From the NCBI GenBank assembly GCA_021735655.1, contig JAIPGM010000006.1:36491-100490 (forward strand): a stretch of DNA of 64,000 nucleotides, given 5' to 3'. The DNA is from Candidatus Omnitrophota bacterium. Lineage in GTDB: Bacteria; Omnitrophota; Gorgyraeia; Duberdicusellales; 4484-171. The translations under genes were made by a program, and so were the position numbers. How positions within the stretch are numbered: the first letter of the stretch is position 1; every line of letters begins with the position of its first letter. Below are positions 37,752 through 47,507 of the stretch, one piece after another. The notes under the pieces were generated by a model that saw only the letters and a program-made list of their open reading frames with translations, did not search any database and was not told where the DNA came from.

Positions 37752-39752
37752 CTATCTAAGTTGTAGGCCTCGTTGCGAGCTTAAAGCTTGCCTTATCTGA
37801 TTATGAAATTCATCCACCTCTTGAGAGGTTAGGGTTTTGTTCGGGGATTGATAAAAAATTCTTAAAGTAAATGCAGTGGTTTCTGGTGGGACATCTTTAC
37901 CTTTATAAATATCAACAATGCATAAATCAGCCAAATAATTACTCTTGGCTTTTATTGTATCTTCTACTTCTTTAAAGTCTACGTCCTTGGCCAAAGCAAT
38001 GCTTATATCTCTAGATACTGCCGGATAAGAACTAAACTGTCTGTATTTTTTCTGGTTAGCACTGGCAATAAGTTGTTCGATGTTAAGTTGAGCAAAAAAC
38101 AGGTCTTCTTTTAAATCGCAGTTTTTCTTTATATTCTCATTAACTTTACCGATAAAGCCTATTACTTTCCCCTTAATCACAATTGTTAAGGCATCGCTAA
38201 AATAAGATGACTTTGTTTTCTTAAATTCAAACTCCTGAATGTTAGTGAATTTAAAAATATTTTCAACGGCTCCTTTAAGATAAAAAAACCCCCGGGGCTT
38301 ACCGCTTGCAGCCAAGGCTAAAACCGGAAACTCAGAAAATCCCTTTTTATCCTTTAGATAAATATGAGCAATTTCAAAAAAATACAGATTACTTTGACTG
38401 CGATTAAGGTTATGCCCAACAGCTTTAATCATCCCCGGTAAAAGACTGGAACGAAGGCTACTCTCTTGCTTACGCAGGGGATTTATCACTTCAATTTTAT
38501 TCTCGGGCTCGTTTGCCCCCAAAGCGTCTTTGTCTTCGATGCTATAAGTAATAACCTCTTTAAACCCCAATAAAGCAATTTGAATTGCTAGCTCTTTATT
38601 AAAATGATAGGCGCTTTTGCTCCTATCGACAACTCTTGAATCGAAATTCTTTCTTAAAAAAGGAAGTTTAGCCGATATTTTATCGTAACCATAAATACGA
38701 CTTACCTCCTCATAAATATCTACGTCTTTATCAATATCAAAGCGCTGGACCGGGACTGAAAGTAAATATTTGTTTTTACTGCTTTGCTTTAGGCCAAATC
38801 CGAGAGAAGTTATAATACTCTTAAACTTTGCAGCTGGAACAGAACATCCTAAATAATTCTCTAAACCAGAAAGGCTTAGGCTTACTTTCTTCTGAGAAAA
38901 GTGAGGTTTTCGTCCGGCCCGACAAACTCCTTGAAATCTTCCTTTAGCTAGATTTTCTATTAATTGGGCTGCTTCGCTTGATGCTAACTCTAAATAGTCG
39001 GCGCTTACCCGACGCTCAAAACGATAGGAAGATTCAGTGTCAACTCCAGCAGCCCGGCGAGAACGACGCACGGCAATTGGTGAAAAAATAGCCCCTTCTA
39101 AAAAAATATTTTTGGTTGATTCGTCTACTTCGCTATTCTTAGCTCCAATTACTCCGGCTAAAGCAACCACCTTTTTTTGATCGGCAACTACCAAATTAAT
39201 TTTGTCCAAAACCCTCTCTTTGCCATCGATTCCGACAAACGGCTCTCCCTTTTTGGCCCGACGGATATAAATATTACCCTCTAGCTTATCTTCATCGAAA
39301 GCATGCAAAGGATTACCCCACTTAAGCATGCAATAGTTAGTAATATCTACTATGTTGTTCACCGAAGTTAATCCACAGTTAAGAACTAACTCTCTGATTT
39401 GCTGATTAGCTCGAGAAACCTTTATCCCTTTTATTGACCGGCCGATATAATAAGGGCAATCTTGAATATTTTCGATAATAACCGATCTTTCTTTAAGTAA
39501 AGCTTCTTTTAGCTTAGCCGGGTGTTTAACCTTAAGGTTCTTGCCTAAAACTGCGCCTATTTCCTGAGCGATACCAACTATCGAAAGCCAATCATAACGA
39601 TTAGTGGTAACTTCAATATCAAAAACCCAGTCGTTACCCAGCCTTTGCAAACTCTCGACTTCCATCCCAGCCATAGTTAGCTTATTAGCTAACTCCGCTG
39701 GTTTTAAATTAACCTCTAGAAACTCTTGGATAAAATTTAAACTAAATCTCAT
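37752..39752 (-). CDS. pheT: Phenylalanine--tRNA ligase beta subunit.
   Basis: B3/B4 and B5 domains. Lies immediately downstream of pheS. Confidence 0.9.
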   Translation of the reverse strand: MRFSLNFIQEFLEVNLKPAELANKLTMAGMEVESLQRLGNDWVFDIEVTTNRYDWLSIVGIAQEIGAVLGKNLKVKHPAKLKEALLKERSVIIENIQDCPYYIGRSIKGIKVSRANQQIRELVLNCGLTSVNNIVDITNYCMLKWGNPLHAFDEDKLEGNIYIRRAKKGEPFVGIDGKERVLDKINLVVADQKKVVALAGVIGAKNSEVDESTKNIFLEGAIFSPIAVRRSRRAAGVDTESSYRFERRVSADYLELASSEAAQLIENLAKGRFQGVCRAGRKPHFSQKKVSLSLSGLENYLGCSVPAAKFKSIITSLGFGLKQSSKNKYLLSVPVQRFDIDKDVDIYEEVSRIYGYDKISAKLPFLRKNFDSRVVDRSKSAYHFNKELAIQIALLGFKEVITYSIEDKDALGANEPENKIEVINPLRKQESSLRSSLLPGMIKAVGHNLNRSQSNLYFFEIAHIYLKDKKGFSEFPVLALAASGKPRGFFYLKGAVENIFKFTNIQEFEFKKTKSSYFSDALTIVIKGKVIGFIGKVNENIKKNCDLKEDLFFAQLNIEQLIASANQKKYRQFSSYPAVSRDISIALAKDVDFKEVEDTIKAKSNYLADLCIVDIYKGKDVPPETTAFTLRIFYQSPNKTLTSQEVDEFHNQIRQALSSQRGLQLR

Positions 39753-39754
39753 AA

Positions 39755-40801
39755 CTACATTGAAAATTGTTCTAAAAACCTTAAATCATTTTCATAGAAA
39801 AGACGGATATCATCTATTCCGTATTTAAGCATCGTGATTCGTTCAACCCCCATACCAAAGGCAAACCCTTGATATTTTTTAGAATCTATCCCGCAAAGCT
39901 CAAGTACTTTCGGATGAATCATGCCGCAACCTAAAATCTCAAGCCAACCCTTATCTTTACAAACACTACATTTTTTATCCTTATCGGATTTTTTCTTATC
40001 TTTACAAATAATACAAGATAAATCAACCTCGGCTGAAGGCTCAGTAAAAGGAAAAAAATGAGGTCGGAAGCGAAGCTCAACATCATTTGAAAAAAGTTCT
40101 CTGGCAAAAGATAAAAGCACACCCTTTAAATGTGCAAAGTTTATATCCCTGCCTACGGCAAATCCCTCTATCTGACTAAACATAAATGAATGAGATGCGT
40201 CTACTTCATCCGGCCGATAAACCCGGCCCGGTGAAATCACTGCCAAAGGGGGCTTGATCTTTTGCATAACTCTAATTTGCGAAGGTGAAGTATGGCATCT
40301 TAACAAATGTTTCCCTCCCTTAGAGGAAGGCAAATCTAAATAAAAAGTGTCAAAGTCATCACGGGAAGGATGGTCTTTGGGAAAATTAAGTGCATCAAAA
40401 TTATGCCACTCATCTTCAATCTCAGCGCCTTCGACGATATCGAAACCCAACCTTTCAAACACCGAGCATATCTTCTGACTAACAACGTTTATGATATGTC
40501 TTGAACCAGCACCTACTGAAGTTGCCGGGAAAGTGACGTCAATTGACTCACTAGATGCCCCAACAGATCCTTCGGTTGCCTTATATAAAAACTCGGTCAT
40601 CTCTTGCTTAACTTCGTTGAGCCGCTTGCCCCAATAGCCTCTCTCTTCCTTAGCCAAAACCGGAATTTGAGAAAAAAGCTCGGCTAGTTCTGATTTTCTT
40701 CCCAGGTACTTTACCTTTAACTCTTCCAACAATTTAACCCTTTTGGTTTGAGCTAGATCTTGCTGAAATTCTTCCTGTAATTTTTTAAGTCTTTGTTCCA
40801 T
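39755..40801 (-). CDS. pheS: Phenylalanine--tRNA ligase alpha subunit, with a Cys4 insertion.
   Basis: Class II motifs FPFTEPSAEVD and GFAFGMGVERITMLKYGI. It carries an extra CIICKDKKKSDKDKKCSVCKDK segment. Confidence 0.9.
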   Translation of the reverse strand: MEQRLKKLQEEFQQDLAQTKRVKLLEELKVKYLGRKSELAELFSQIPVLAKEERGYWGKRLNEVKQEMTEFLYKATEGSVGASSESIDVTFPATSVGAGSRHIINVVSQKICSVFERLGFDIVEGAEIEDEWHNFDALNFPKDHPSRDDFDTFYLDLPSSKGGKHLLRCHTSPSQIRVMQKIKPPLAVISPGRVYRPDEVDASHSFMFSQIEGFAVGRDINFAHLKGVLLSFARELFSNDVELRFRPHFFPFTEPSAEVDLSCIICKDKKKSDKDKKCSVCKDKGWLEILGCGMIHPKVLELCGIDSKKYQGFAFGMGVERITMLKYGIDDIRLFYENDLRFLEQFSM

Positions 40802-41273
40802 ACTTCTCTTTTATAAAATACATCAATGCTACAATTAAACACATTATGAGACCTAATTTGGCAAACCCAATTTTCTGTTCAGAAATTTCCGGTTGACTCC
40901 TGTGACCCTTCCTCAAAATTTCTAGACTGTTAAGGTGTATGTCACCAGTATGATGTTGGGCACAATTTTTATTAAATTTTCCCGATACTTTTAAATAATC
41001 ACCGATCTCGGCATAGCCTCCCCAATGACTGATAAGATCAAAGCTACTCAAGTCTTGCGAAAAGATACCTAAACTATGCCCATTAAAAGAAATATTAACC
41101 CAATACCCGTCTCCGGACTTTAAAGGCTCACCAATGGCCTCACCAACCACAACAACCATCTCCTGGTCAAAAGAATCAGCTTTAGCCAAGATCTCTTTTA
41201 ATGAGCCAGCCCTAGCGGTAGTCGCCAAACAAAGAAAAAATAATATTAAAATAATAAGCTTTTTCATTATCAT
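40785..41273 (-). CDS. Secreted or anchored hypothetical protein.
   Basis: Signal peptide MIMKKLIILILFFLCLATTARA and a C-terminal TM helix. Confidence 0.4.
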   Translation of the reverse strand: MIMKKLIILILFFLCLATTARAGSLKEILAKADSFDQEMVVVVGEAIGEPLKSGDGYWVNISFNGHSLGIFSQDLSSFDLISHWGGYAEIGDYLKVSGKFNKNCAQHHTGDIHLNSLEILRKGHRSQPEISEQKIGFAKLGLIMCLIVALMYFIKEKYGTKT

Positions 41274-42757
41274 TTCCTAAACAATGACACAATAAAACCT
41301 AGTGAAACGAAAATTGAGATAAACTCTAACCTTCCAGCCCACATCTGAAAAATATAAACAAGCTTTAAACCAATTGGCATGGCAATTTGAGTTATCCCAA
41401 CCGACAAGCCCACATTTGCCGTCGCCGAAACTGACTCAAACAAAGCTAAATGAGCTGGATAGCCATAAGCCATCCCGACCAGCGCACCGAAAACATAAGT
41501 AAAAAGAAAAAAAGTAAAAAAGATATAAGCATCTTTTATCCTTTTGTCAGTTAAAACTAAATCCTGAAGATGATGGAACCTTTCTTTATAAACCGCCTTA
41601 GCTGGCATCATCCAACGCTTAACTTCCATAAAAAAGGTTCTAAAAATAATTCCTAACCTCATCAGCTTAATGCCCCCGGTGGTTGAGCAAACTCCTCCCC
41701 CGATCATCATCGCAAAAATAACCGAAAATAATCCCAGGGTCGGAAAAGAAAGTAGTTGATTTTCTGAAAGATTAGTAAACCCGCAACCGGAATGTGCTGA
41801 AATCAGCTGATAAAACCCAATACGAAAATTCCCGAAATGAGATGAAAGGCCTCGAAAGGAAAAATAAATGATTATTGATAAAGAAAAAAGAGTAAATAAA
41901 AAAGTTCTAATTTCAAAATTTTTAAACAGTTCTTTTTTGTTTTTATTCCAAACCCAAAAATGAAGGTTAAAGTTAATCGCCCCTAGAATCATAAAAACAA
42001 TTGTTGCTAGTTCTAAAGCAAAAGAATGATAATAACCTATATTTTGAGACTGGGGAGCAAACCCACCAGTGTCAAAAGAAGCAAAAAAAAGCCACAAAGC
42101 ATGGAAAAAAGACTTATCCAGACTGATTCCCTGAGAGTAAAGAATACCTAAATAAGTAATAACTCCTAAAACCAGATAAACAAAACTTACCTTCCAAATA
42201 AACCGTGCAGTAGCCACAACATTGGGAAGGATTTTTTCCTGGCGAGCCTCACCAACATAAAAACCTAGGGCCACTGAGCGAGCTTGGGTAAGAATCGAAA
42301 GGCTGGCCAGAATAATACCTTGGCCACCAATAAACATAGTGAGGTGACGCCAGGTATTGTGAGCAAATGATAGATGGTCCAAATCTTGGATTAAAATTAA
42401 ACCGGTAGTAGCAAATCCACTCATTGCCTCAAACCAAGCATCAAGAAATGAGGCAAAATGTGAAGAGAGCCAAAGAGGTATTGCCCCCAGTAGTGAAAAA
42501 ACAATCCAAGCTGCGCTTACAGTAAAAAAAGCATGAATCCAACCTACCTCCTTTTTTATCGGAAAAATTATTAGCAATAAAAAACCTACTGTCGCGCTGA
42601 TTGAAAAGCCAATAAGAAAGTCAAAGAAAGGAGATATTTCACCTCTGAAGAAAGCAACTAAGGCCGGTACCAACATAAATAAACTCAACCCGACCGTAAG
42701 CCTTCCCAAAATATTGAGGATCGTAGAAAAATCCTTTCTGTCTGGTGAAATAACCAT
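41270..42757 (-). CDS. trkH: TrkH/KtrB-family K+ transporter membrane subunit.
   Basis: 495 aa with about 10 TM helices and repeated pore-loop GxG-like segments. Adjacent to the TrkA genes. Confidence 0.75.
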   Translation of the reverse strand: MVISPDRKDFSTILNILGRLTVGLSLFMLVPALVAFFRGEISPFFDFLIGFSISATVGFLLLIIFPIKKEVGWIHAFFTVSAAWIVFSLLGAIPLWLSSHFASFLDAWFEAMSGFATTGLILIQDLDHLSFAHNTWRHLTMFIGGQGIILASLSILTQARSVALGFYVGEARQEKILPNVVATARFIWKVSFVYLVLGVITYLGILYSQGISLDKSFFHALWLFFASFDTGGFAPQSQNIGYYHSFALELATIVFMILGAINFNLHFWVWNKNKKELFKNFEIRTFLFTLFSLSIIIYFSFRGLSSHFGNFRIGFYQLISAHSGCGFTNLSENQLLSFPTLGLFSVIFAMMIGGGVCSTTGGIKLMRLGIIFRTFFMEVKRWMMPAKAVYKERFHHLQDLVLTDKRIKDAYIFFTFFLFTYVFGALVGMAYGYPAHLALFESVSATANVGLSVGITQIAMPIGLKLVYIFQMWAGRLEFISIFVSLGFIVSLFRK

Positions 42758-42870
42758 ATGCTATATTAGAAAATAAAGGAAAGCAAATAACCTGCCCCGG
42801 CAATAAAAAGGCAAAAAATAATTTCAGCTATTATACCTGTTATTACTTTCATCGCTTCAAACCAAAACCT

Positions 42871-43536
42871 TTAAATTTTGCCAATTAACGATTTAATTAA
42901 ATCCTTCTCTACATCGATAAGGGCAGCAGCAATGACTTCATCGCCGGGTAAAATTACCGTTGATCCGTAAGGAATAATAATATCCGGACCTCGCAAAACA
43001 GAAACTAAAACTGAATTGGAAGGAAGGGTTATATCTTTTAAGGCTTTATTGGCAACCGGAGAATTCTCCGGTATATCTACCCTCACAATAGAAAGCCTGC
43101 CTTTTTTAATGCTTAGAAGACTCATCACATCGTTAAAGGAAGCTTCTTCTTCTACGATCCGGGCGATAATTGAAGTTGAATCTACTGGGTTGTCTACCTC
43201 CATATATTTATATAAAGGTATGTGCTTGGGGTCGTTGACTCTGGCTACTGTCCGTTTGACTCCAAAAAGCTCTTTGGCTAGATAGCAAATAATTGTACTA
43301 TCTTCGTCGTTGGAAGCAGCGCTAACACAAACATCGGCTTTCTCAATTTTTGCAGCGCTTAAAATATCCGGATAAGTAGCATCGCCGCAAACGATCATAA
43401 TTCCCTCTAGTTCTGTGGCTAACTGATCACAAAGACTCTTACTCTTATCTATTAAGCAAACCTGATGCTTATCTTCTTTTAACTTTTTGGCTACAGCCAA
43501 TCCTAATCTTCCGGCACCGGCTATTACAATATACAT
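42871..43536 (-). CDS. trkA: TrkA/KtrA NAD-binding regulatory subunit (TrkA-N and TrkA-C).
   Basis: MYIVIAGAGRLGLAVAKKL Rossmann motif. Confidence 0.8.
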   Translation of the reverse strand: MYIVIAGAGRLGLAVAKKLKEDKHQVCLIDKSKSLCDQLATELEGIMIVCGDATYPDILSAAKIEKADVCVSAASNDEDSTIICYLAKELFGVKRTVARVNDPKHIPLYKYMEVDNPVDSTSIIARIVEEEASFNDVMSLLSIKKGRLSIVRVDIPENSPVANKALKDITLPSNSVLVSVLRGPDIIIPYGSTVILPGDEVIAAALIDVEKDLIKSLIGKI

Positions 43537-43919
43537 TTCTTTAGTACCTCGACAATCAAGTAAGTTTTGTTAACGATAGATAAACCTTCCTCGCTAAATA
43601 TTTTCTTTTTCATCGCATCGTTTACCTGCACGATCACCTTTTTAACATCATACTTTCTGCGAGCAACCCTACCAACTACCAAATTAAGATTATCATTACC
43701 GGTTAAAAGATAAACCACATTAGCTTCAGATATACCGGCATTCTCTAGAGTATTTATATCTAAAGCATCGGCCCATATTTTTTTGCCGTTAAAATCATCA
43801 CCTAGAGAATCTAGCTTTTTTAAACTTTTATCGACTGCAACAACATTCTCGGTCTTTGATAGCTCAAGAGCTAGCTCCGTACCGATCTTGCCACAACCAA
43901 CTACTACTACATACTTCAT
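43524..43919 (-). CDS. TrkA-N domain protein.
   Basis: MKYVVVVGCGKIGTELALEL Rossmann motif. Confidence 0.7.
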   Translation of the reverse strand: MKYVVVVGCGKIGTELALELSKTENVVAVDKSLKKLDSLGDDFNGKKIWADALDINTLENAGISEANVVYLLTGNDNLNLVVGRVARRKYDVKKVIVQVNDAMKKKIFSEEGLSIVNKTYLIVEVLKKCIL

Positions 43920-43970
43920 TGAACACCTTAATTTAATTGTCCGGCGAAACTTCGCCTAATATCAGAGCTG

Positions 43971-44315
43971 TTATTTCTTCGCAGTTTCAACAATCTTAGT
44001 GAATACTTCCGGATGCTCGGCTGCGATTTGAGACAAGATATCTCGCGAAAGCAAGATATTGTTAACTTTAAGCCGATTGATAAACTCACGATAAGATGTG
44101 CCGGCTTCAACTGCAGCTGCGTTAATTCGAACAATCCAAAGCGAACGAAAGGTTCTTTTCTTCAGACGCCGATGGCTATAAGCATAAGAATAAGCCCGGC
44201 GTAAAGTTTCGGCAGCCCGGCGATGCGTACGAGAACGCTCACCCCAATACCCCTTAGCTGCATTTAGGGTCTTTTTCTTTCTTTTTCGTGCTGCTACTGA
44301 ATGATTTGTTTTCAT
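43971..44315 (-). CDS. rplT: 50S ribosomal protein L20.
   Basis: RKRKKKTLNAAKGYWGERSRTHRRAAE signature. Confidence 0.9.
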   Translation of the reverse strand: MKTNHSVAARKRKKKTLNAAKGYWGERSRTHRRAAETLRRAYSYAYSHRRLKKRTFRSLWIVRINAAAVEAGTSYREFINRLKVNNILLSRDILSQIAAEHPEVFTKIVETAKK

Positions 44316-44381
44316 TACTATCTCCTTAAAATGAGATAGTATTTCTTGAGTTAGTCAAAGCTCACTGGAAATACTATCGAA

Positions 44382-44579
44382 TTACGAATATGGCAATGCT
44401 TGTTTAAGCATTTTCTTTGTTCCACTGGAAAGAAGGGTTTTTTTGCGCAAAGACCGTTTTCTCTTCCTGGTCTTAGAGCTCAAAAGGTGCCTCCGTCCGG
44501 CCTTAGAACGAAGAGCCTTCTTTTTCTTGGTAATTTTTACTCTTTTCGCTACCGATTTTCTTGTTTTCAGTTTAGGCAT
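44382..44579 (-). CDS. rpmI: 50S ribosomal protein L35.
   Basis: MPKLKTRKSVAKRVKITKKKK signature. Confidence 0.9.
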   Translation of the reverse strand: MPKLKTRKSVAKRVKITKKKKALRSKAGRRHLLSSKTRKRKRSLRKKTLLSSGTKKMLKQALPYS

Positions 44580-44664
44580 TGTTATCTCCTTGACAGAAAA
44601 TGTCGTTAATTAAGAACAGATTAACACAGATTCTTTAAAATTCAATGATTTTTAAAGCCAGCGA

Positions 44665-45168
44665 CTAGCGGGGGCTTAAAATCAACACCATGGTCTTACC
44701 CAGCATATGGGGCTCTCGATCAACCCTGCTAATAGGCTCAACATCCTTGAGCAACTTGCCAATAAGCCGGGTTCCGATATCTTTATGGGCTATCTCACGC
44801 CCCCGAAACCACATCTTTATTCTCACTTTATGTTTTTTTTCTAAAAACTCTTTTACATGTTTGAGCTTAATCTCATAATCATGGGTACCAATCCGCGGAC
44901 TAATTCTTATCTCTTTTAGCTGAGTCTGTTTTTGGTGTTTTTTTACTTCGCGTTCTCGTTTTTCTTGCTCATATTTATATTTTGAAAAATCAATTATTCG
45001 ACAAACTGGAGGATCAGCCTGAGGGGCCACTTCAACTAAATCTAATTCAAACTCCTCAGCCTTCTTTAGGGCCATATCACGCGGGAATACTCCCAACTGC
45101 TCTCCTTCCGGGCCAACAACTCTAACAGTTTTAGCAAGCACCCTGTGATTAACTCTTACATATTTCAC
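44665..45168 (-). CDS. infC: Translation initiation factor IF-3.
   Basis: VRVVGPEGEQLGV, and the infC-rpmI-rplT order. Confidence 0.9.
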   Translation of the reverse strand: MKYVRVNHRVLAKTVRVVGPEGEQLGVFPRDMALKKAEEFELDLVEVAPQADPPVCRIIDFSKYKYEQEKREREVKKHQKQTQLKEIRISPRIGTHDYEIKLKHVKEFLEKKHKVRIKMWFRGREIAHKDIGTRLIGKLLKDVEPISRVDREPHMLGKTMVLILSPR

Positions 45169-46870
45169 TTAAAGCTTCCTCCTTTTTTAAAATATTTAAA
45201 AAATCTACTATCTCCATGCTACCTAAATTCTTCATTCCGCGGCCTCTAAGGGAAATGTTCTTTGACTCCTTTTCCTTATTGCCAACTATAACCATATAAG
45301 GAACTTTCAGTAACTCTTTTTCACGTATCTTCTTCTGCAAAGTCTCATCTTTAATATCGGCTTCGACTCGAAACCCCTCGGCCTTCAGTCTAGCCTCAAG
45401 CTCTAAAGCATAATCCCTTGCTTCTTGAGTAACATTTAAAACGCTTACCTGAACTGGCGCAAGCCACAAAGGAAATTTTCCGGCACAATTTTCAATCACT
45501 GCCCCAAGGAATCTTTCAATGCTTCCCAAAATAGCTCGGTGAATCATTACCGGCCTTTCCTTTGAACTATCCTCACCGATATAAGATAAGTCGAACCGTT
45601 CCGGAAGATTAAAATCAACCTGAACCGTTGGCCCCTGCCAAAGCCTACCCAAAGCATCCTTAAGTTTCACATCTATTTTGGGGCCATAAAACACTCCGGC
45701 CCCCGGATCAATTTCAAAGGGAACTTTCTTCTCGGTCAATGCTTCCTGCAAGATACTCTCGGCCTTATCCCAAGTTGTAGCATTGCCAACAAACTTCTCT
45801 GGACGAGTAGAAAGATTAACTTCATAGTTAAATCCAAACTTCTTCATCGTGTAATCGATAAATTCTAAAACTGAAATGATTTCGCTCTTGAGTTGACCCA
45901 GACGGCAAAAAATATGGGCATCGTCTTGGGTAAAACCTCTAACCCTAAGAAGCCCGTGTAATACCCCCGACTTCTCGTAGCGATAAACCGTCCCCAGCTC
46001 AAAAAAACGAATTGGTAGATCTCGATAACTAACCAACTTACGCTTATAGATAAGAATATGCCCCGGACAATTCATTGGCTTAATAACATAATCCTGCTGG
46101 TCAATCTTCATAAAATACATATTGTCGCGATAGTAGCTGGTATGACCGGAAGTATCAAAAAGATCAATTTTAGCAATATGCGGAATCGAAACTAACTCAT
46201 AGCCTCGCTTAATATTTTCTTTTTTTAGAAACTCTTCAATTAGATTACGTATAATAGCTCCCTTGGGATGGTAGTAAACAAAACCAGCGCCAGCCGATTC
46301 GTGAATAGAAAAAAGATCTAATTCCTTTCCTAATTTGCGGTGGTCGCGTTTTTTAACTTCCTCCAAATTTCTTAAATGAACCTTTAACTCTTTTGGTGTA
46401 TTAAAAGCTACCGCGTAAATTCTCTGGAGAACCGGATTGGTTTCAATTCCACGCCAATAAGCTCCGGCAACCGATAAAAGTTTAAAAGCTGAAATCTTAT
46501 TTGTTGATTCAATGTGCGGTCCACGACAAAGATCCACAAAGTCACCAGTCTTATACAAACTAACCTTGGTATCAGAAATCGCCTCGATAAGCTCAGCCTT
46601 GTAGGTCTCGCCTTTTTCTTTCATCAATCTTAAAGCTTCCTCTTTGCTGAGTTCAAGACGCTCAAAATTATGGTTAGCCTTAATAATCTCCTTCATCTTA
46701 GATTCTATCTTCGGTAGGTCTTCGGGAGTTAACTGTTGCGGTAAATCAAAATCATAATAAAAACCATTTTCGATAGCCGGGCCGATACCAAGTTTAGCTT
46801 CTGGATAAAGCTCCTTTACCGCAGAAGCCATAATATGCGAACAAGAATGTCTAAGTATATTCAAATCCAT
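45149..46870 (-). CDS. thrS: Threonine--tRNA ligase.
   Basis: Zinc and class II motifs HRKLGKELDLF and MIHRAILGSIERF. Upstream of infC. Confidence 0.9.
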   Translation of the reverse strand: MDLNILRHSCSHIMASAVKELYPEAKLGIGPAIENGFYYDFDLPQQLTPEDLPKIESKMKEIIKANHNFERLELSKEEALRLMKEKGETYKAELIEAISDTKVSLYKTGDFVDLCRGPHIESTNKISAFKLLSVAGAYWRGIETNPVLQRIYAVAFNTPKELKVHLRNLEEVKKRDHRKLGKELDLFSIHESAGAGFVYYHPKGAIIRNLIEEFLKKENIKRGYELVSIPHIAKIDLFDTSGHTSYYRDNMYFMKIDQQDYVIKPMNCPGHILIYKRKLVSYRDLPIRFFELGTVYRYEKSGVLHGLLRVRGFTQDDAHIFCRLGQLKSEIISVLEFIDYTMKKFGFNYEVNLSTRPEKFVGNATTWDKAESILQEALTEKKVPFEIDPGAGVFYGPKIDVKLKDALGRLWQGPTVQVDFNLPERFDLSYIGEDSSKERPVMIHRAILGSIERFLGAVIENCAGKFPLWLAPVQVSVLNVTQEARDYALELEARLKAEGFRVEADIKDETLQKKIREKELLKVPYMVIVGNKEKESKNISLRGRGMKNLGSMEIVDFLNILKKEEALSEICKS

Positions 46871-46926
46871 AATGAGACTTATATGCTGAGAACAGCTGTA
46901 GTCGAATTACCTCCTTTATAAAAACA

Positions 46927-46999
46927 TGGGCGGTGTAGGGTTCGAACCCACGACCCTCTCGGTGTAAACGAGATGCGCTTCCAGCTGCGCCAACCGCCC
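46927..46999 (-). tRNA. tRNA-Val (anticodon TAC).
   Basis: The reverse complement reads GGGCGGTTGGCGCAGCTGG...TCTCGTTTACACCGAGA...GGGTTCGAACCC...CACCGCCCA, a cloverleaf with anticodon TAC. Confidence 0.8.
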
Positions 47000-47050
47000 A
47001 TCAATGCCTGTTTATATTACTAAATAATGCAAAAAAATCAAGTATTAAAT

Positions 47051-47491
47051 CTAAGCTCCTGGTATGGCAGTCATACAGAACACCATAACAAAAAGAGCAA
47101 CTGTTTCAATAACCCCTAAAACCATTATATACTGACCAAAGCCTTTCCCGGTTTCAGCTAAAGCATCGCAGGCTTTAGCTCCGGCTTTGCCCTGATAAAA
47201 GGCCGACGCCCCCATAGCCAAGCCTCCTAAAAGCCCGAGGATTAATTGATAAATATAAGTTTCCGGAGGAAGATTGGCTCCGCGAATAGCATTGCGCAAA
47301 ATCATCCCATAGATAGTCTGAGATAAAGGCGCTCCGACAAAAGCAACCAAAATAAAAGGAGCAGCTTTATTCTGGATAAAAGCTCTTTTCCAGGCACCAA
47401 TAGCTGCCATCCCAGCTACTCCGGTTCCTAAAGCCGAACCTACAGCAGCTAAAGTTAAAGAAGCATTCATATCACCAAAACCTTGAATCAT
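47051..47491 (-). CDS. V-type ATP synthase subunit K (proteolipid).
   Basis: Four-TM duplicated c-subunit with the conserved Glu in VIETVALF. Confidence 0.8.
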   Translation of the reverse strand: MIQGFGDMNASLTLAAVGSALGTGVAGMAAIGAWKRAFIQNKAAPFILVAFVGAPLSQTIYGMILRNAIRGANLPPETYIYQLILGLLGGLAMGASAFYQGKAGAKACDALAETGKGFGQYIMVLGVIETVALFVMVFCMTAIPGA

Positions 47492-47507
47492 CGCTTACCT
47501 CCTTGGC

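Noticed and set aside
40802-40900. A possible T-box leader for pheST.
   Set aside because: The region upstream of pheS is occupied by the overlapping 162-aa ORF. No specifier or T-box consensus (AANNNGGGTGGNACCGCG) was seen.
43928-44134. A 68-aa minus-strand ORF overlapping rplT.
   Set aside because: It is a different frame of the well-conserved L20 gene and is spurious.
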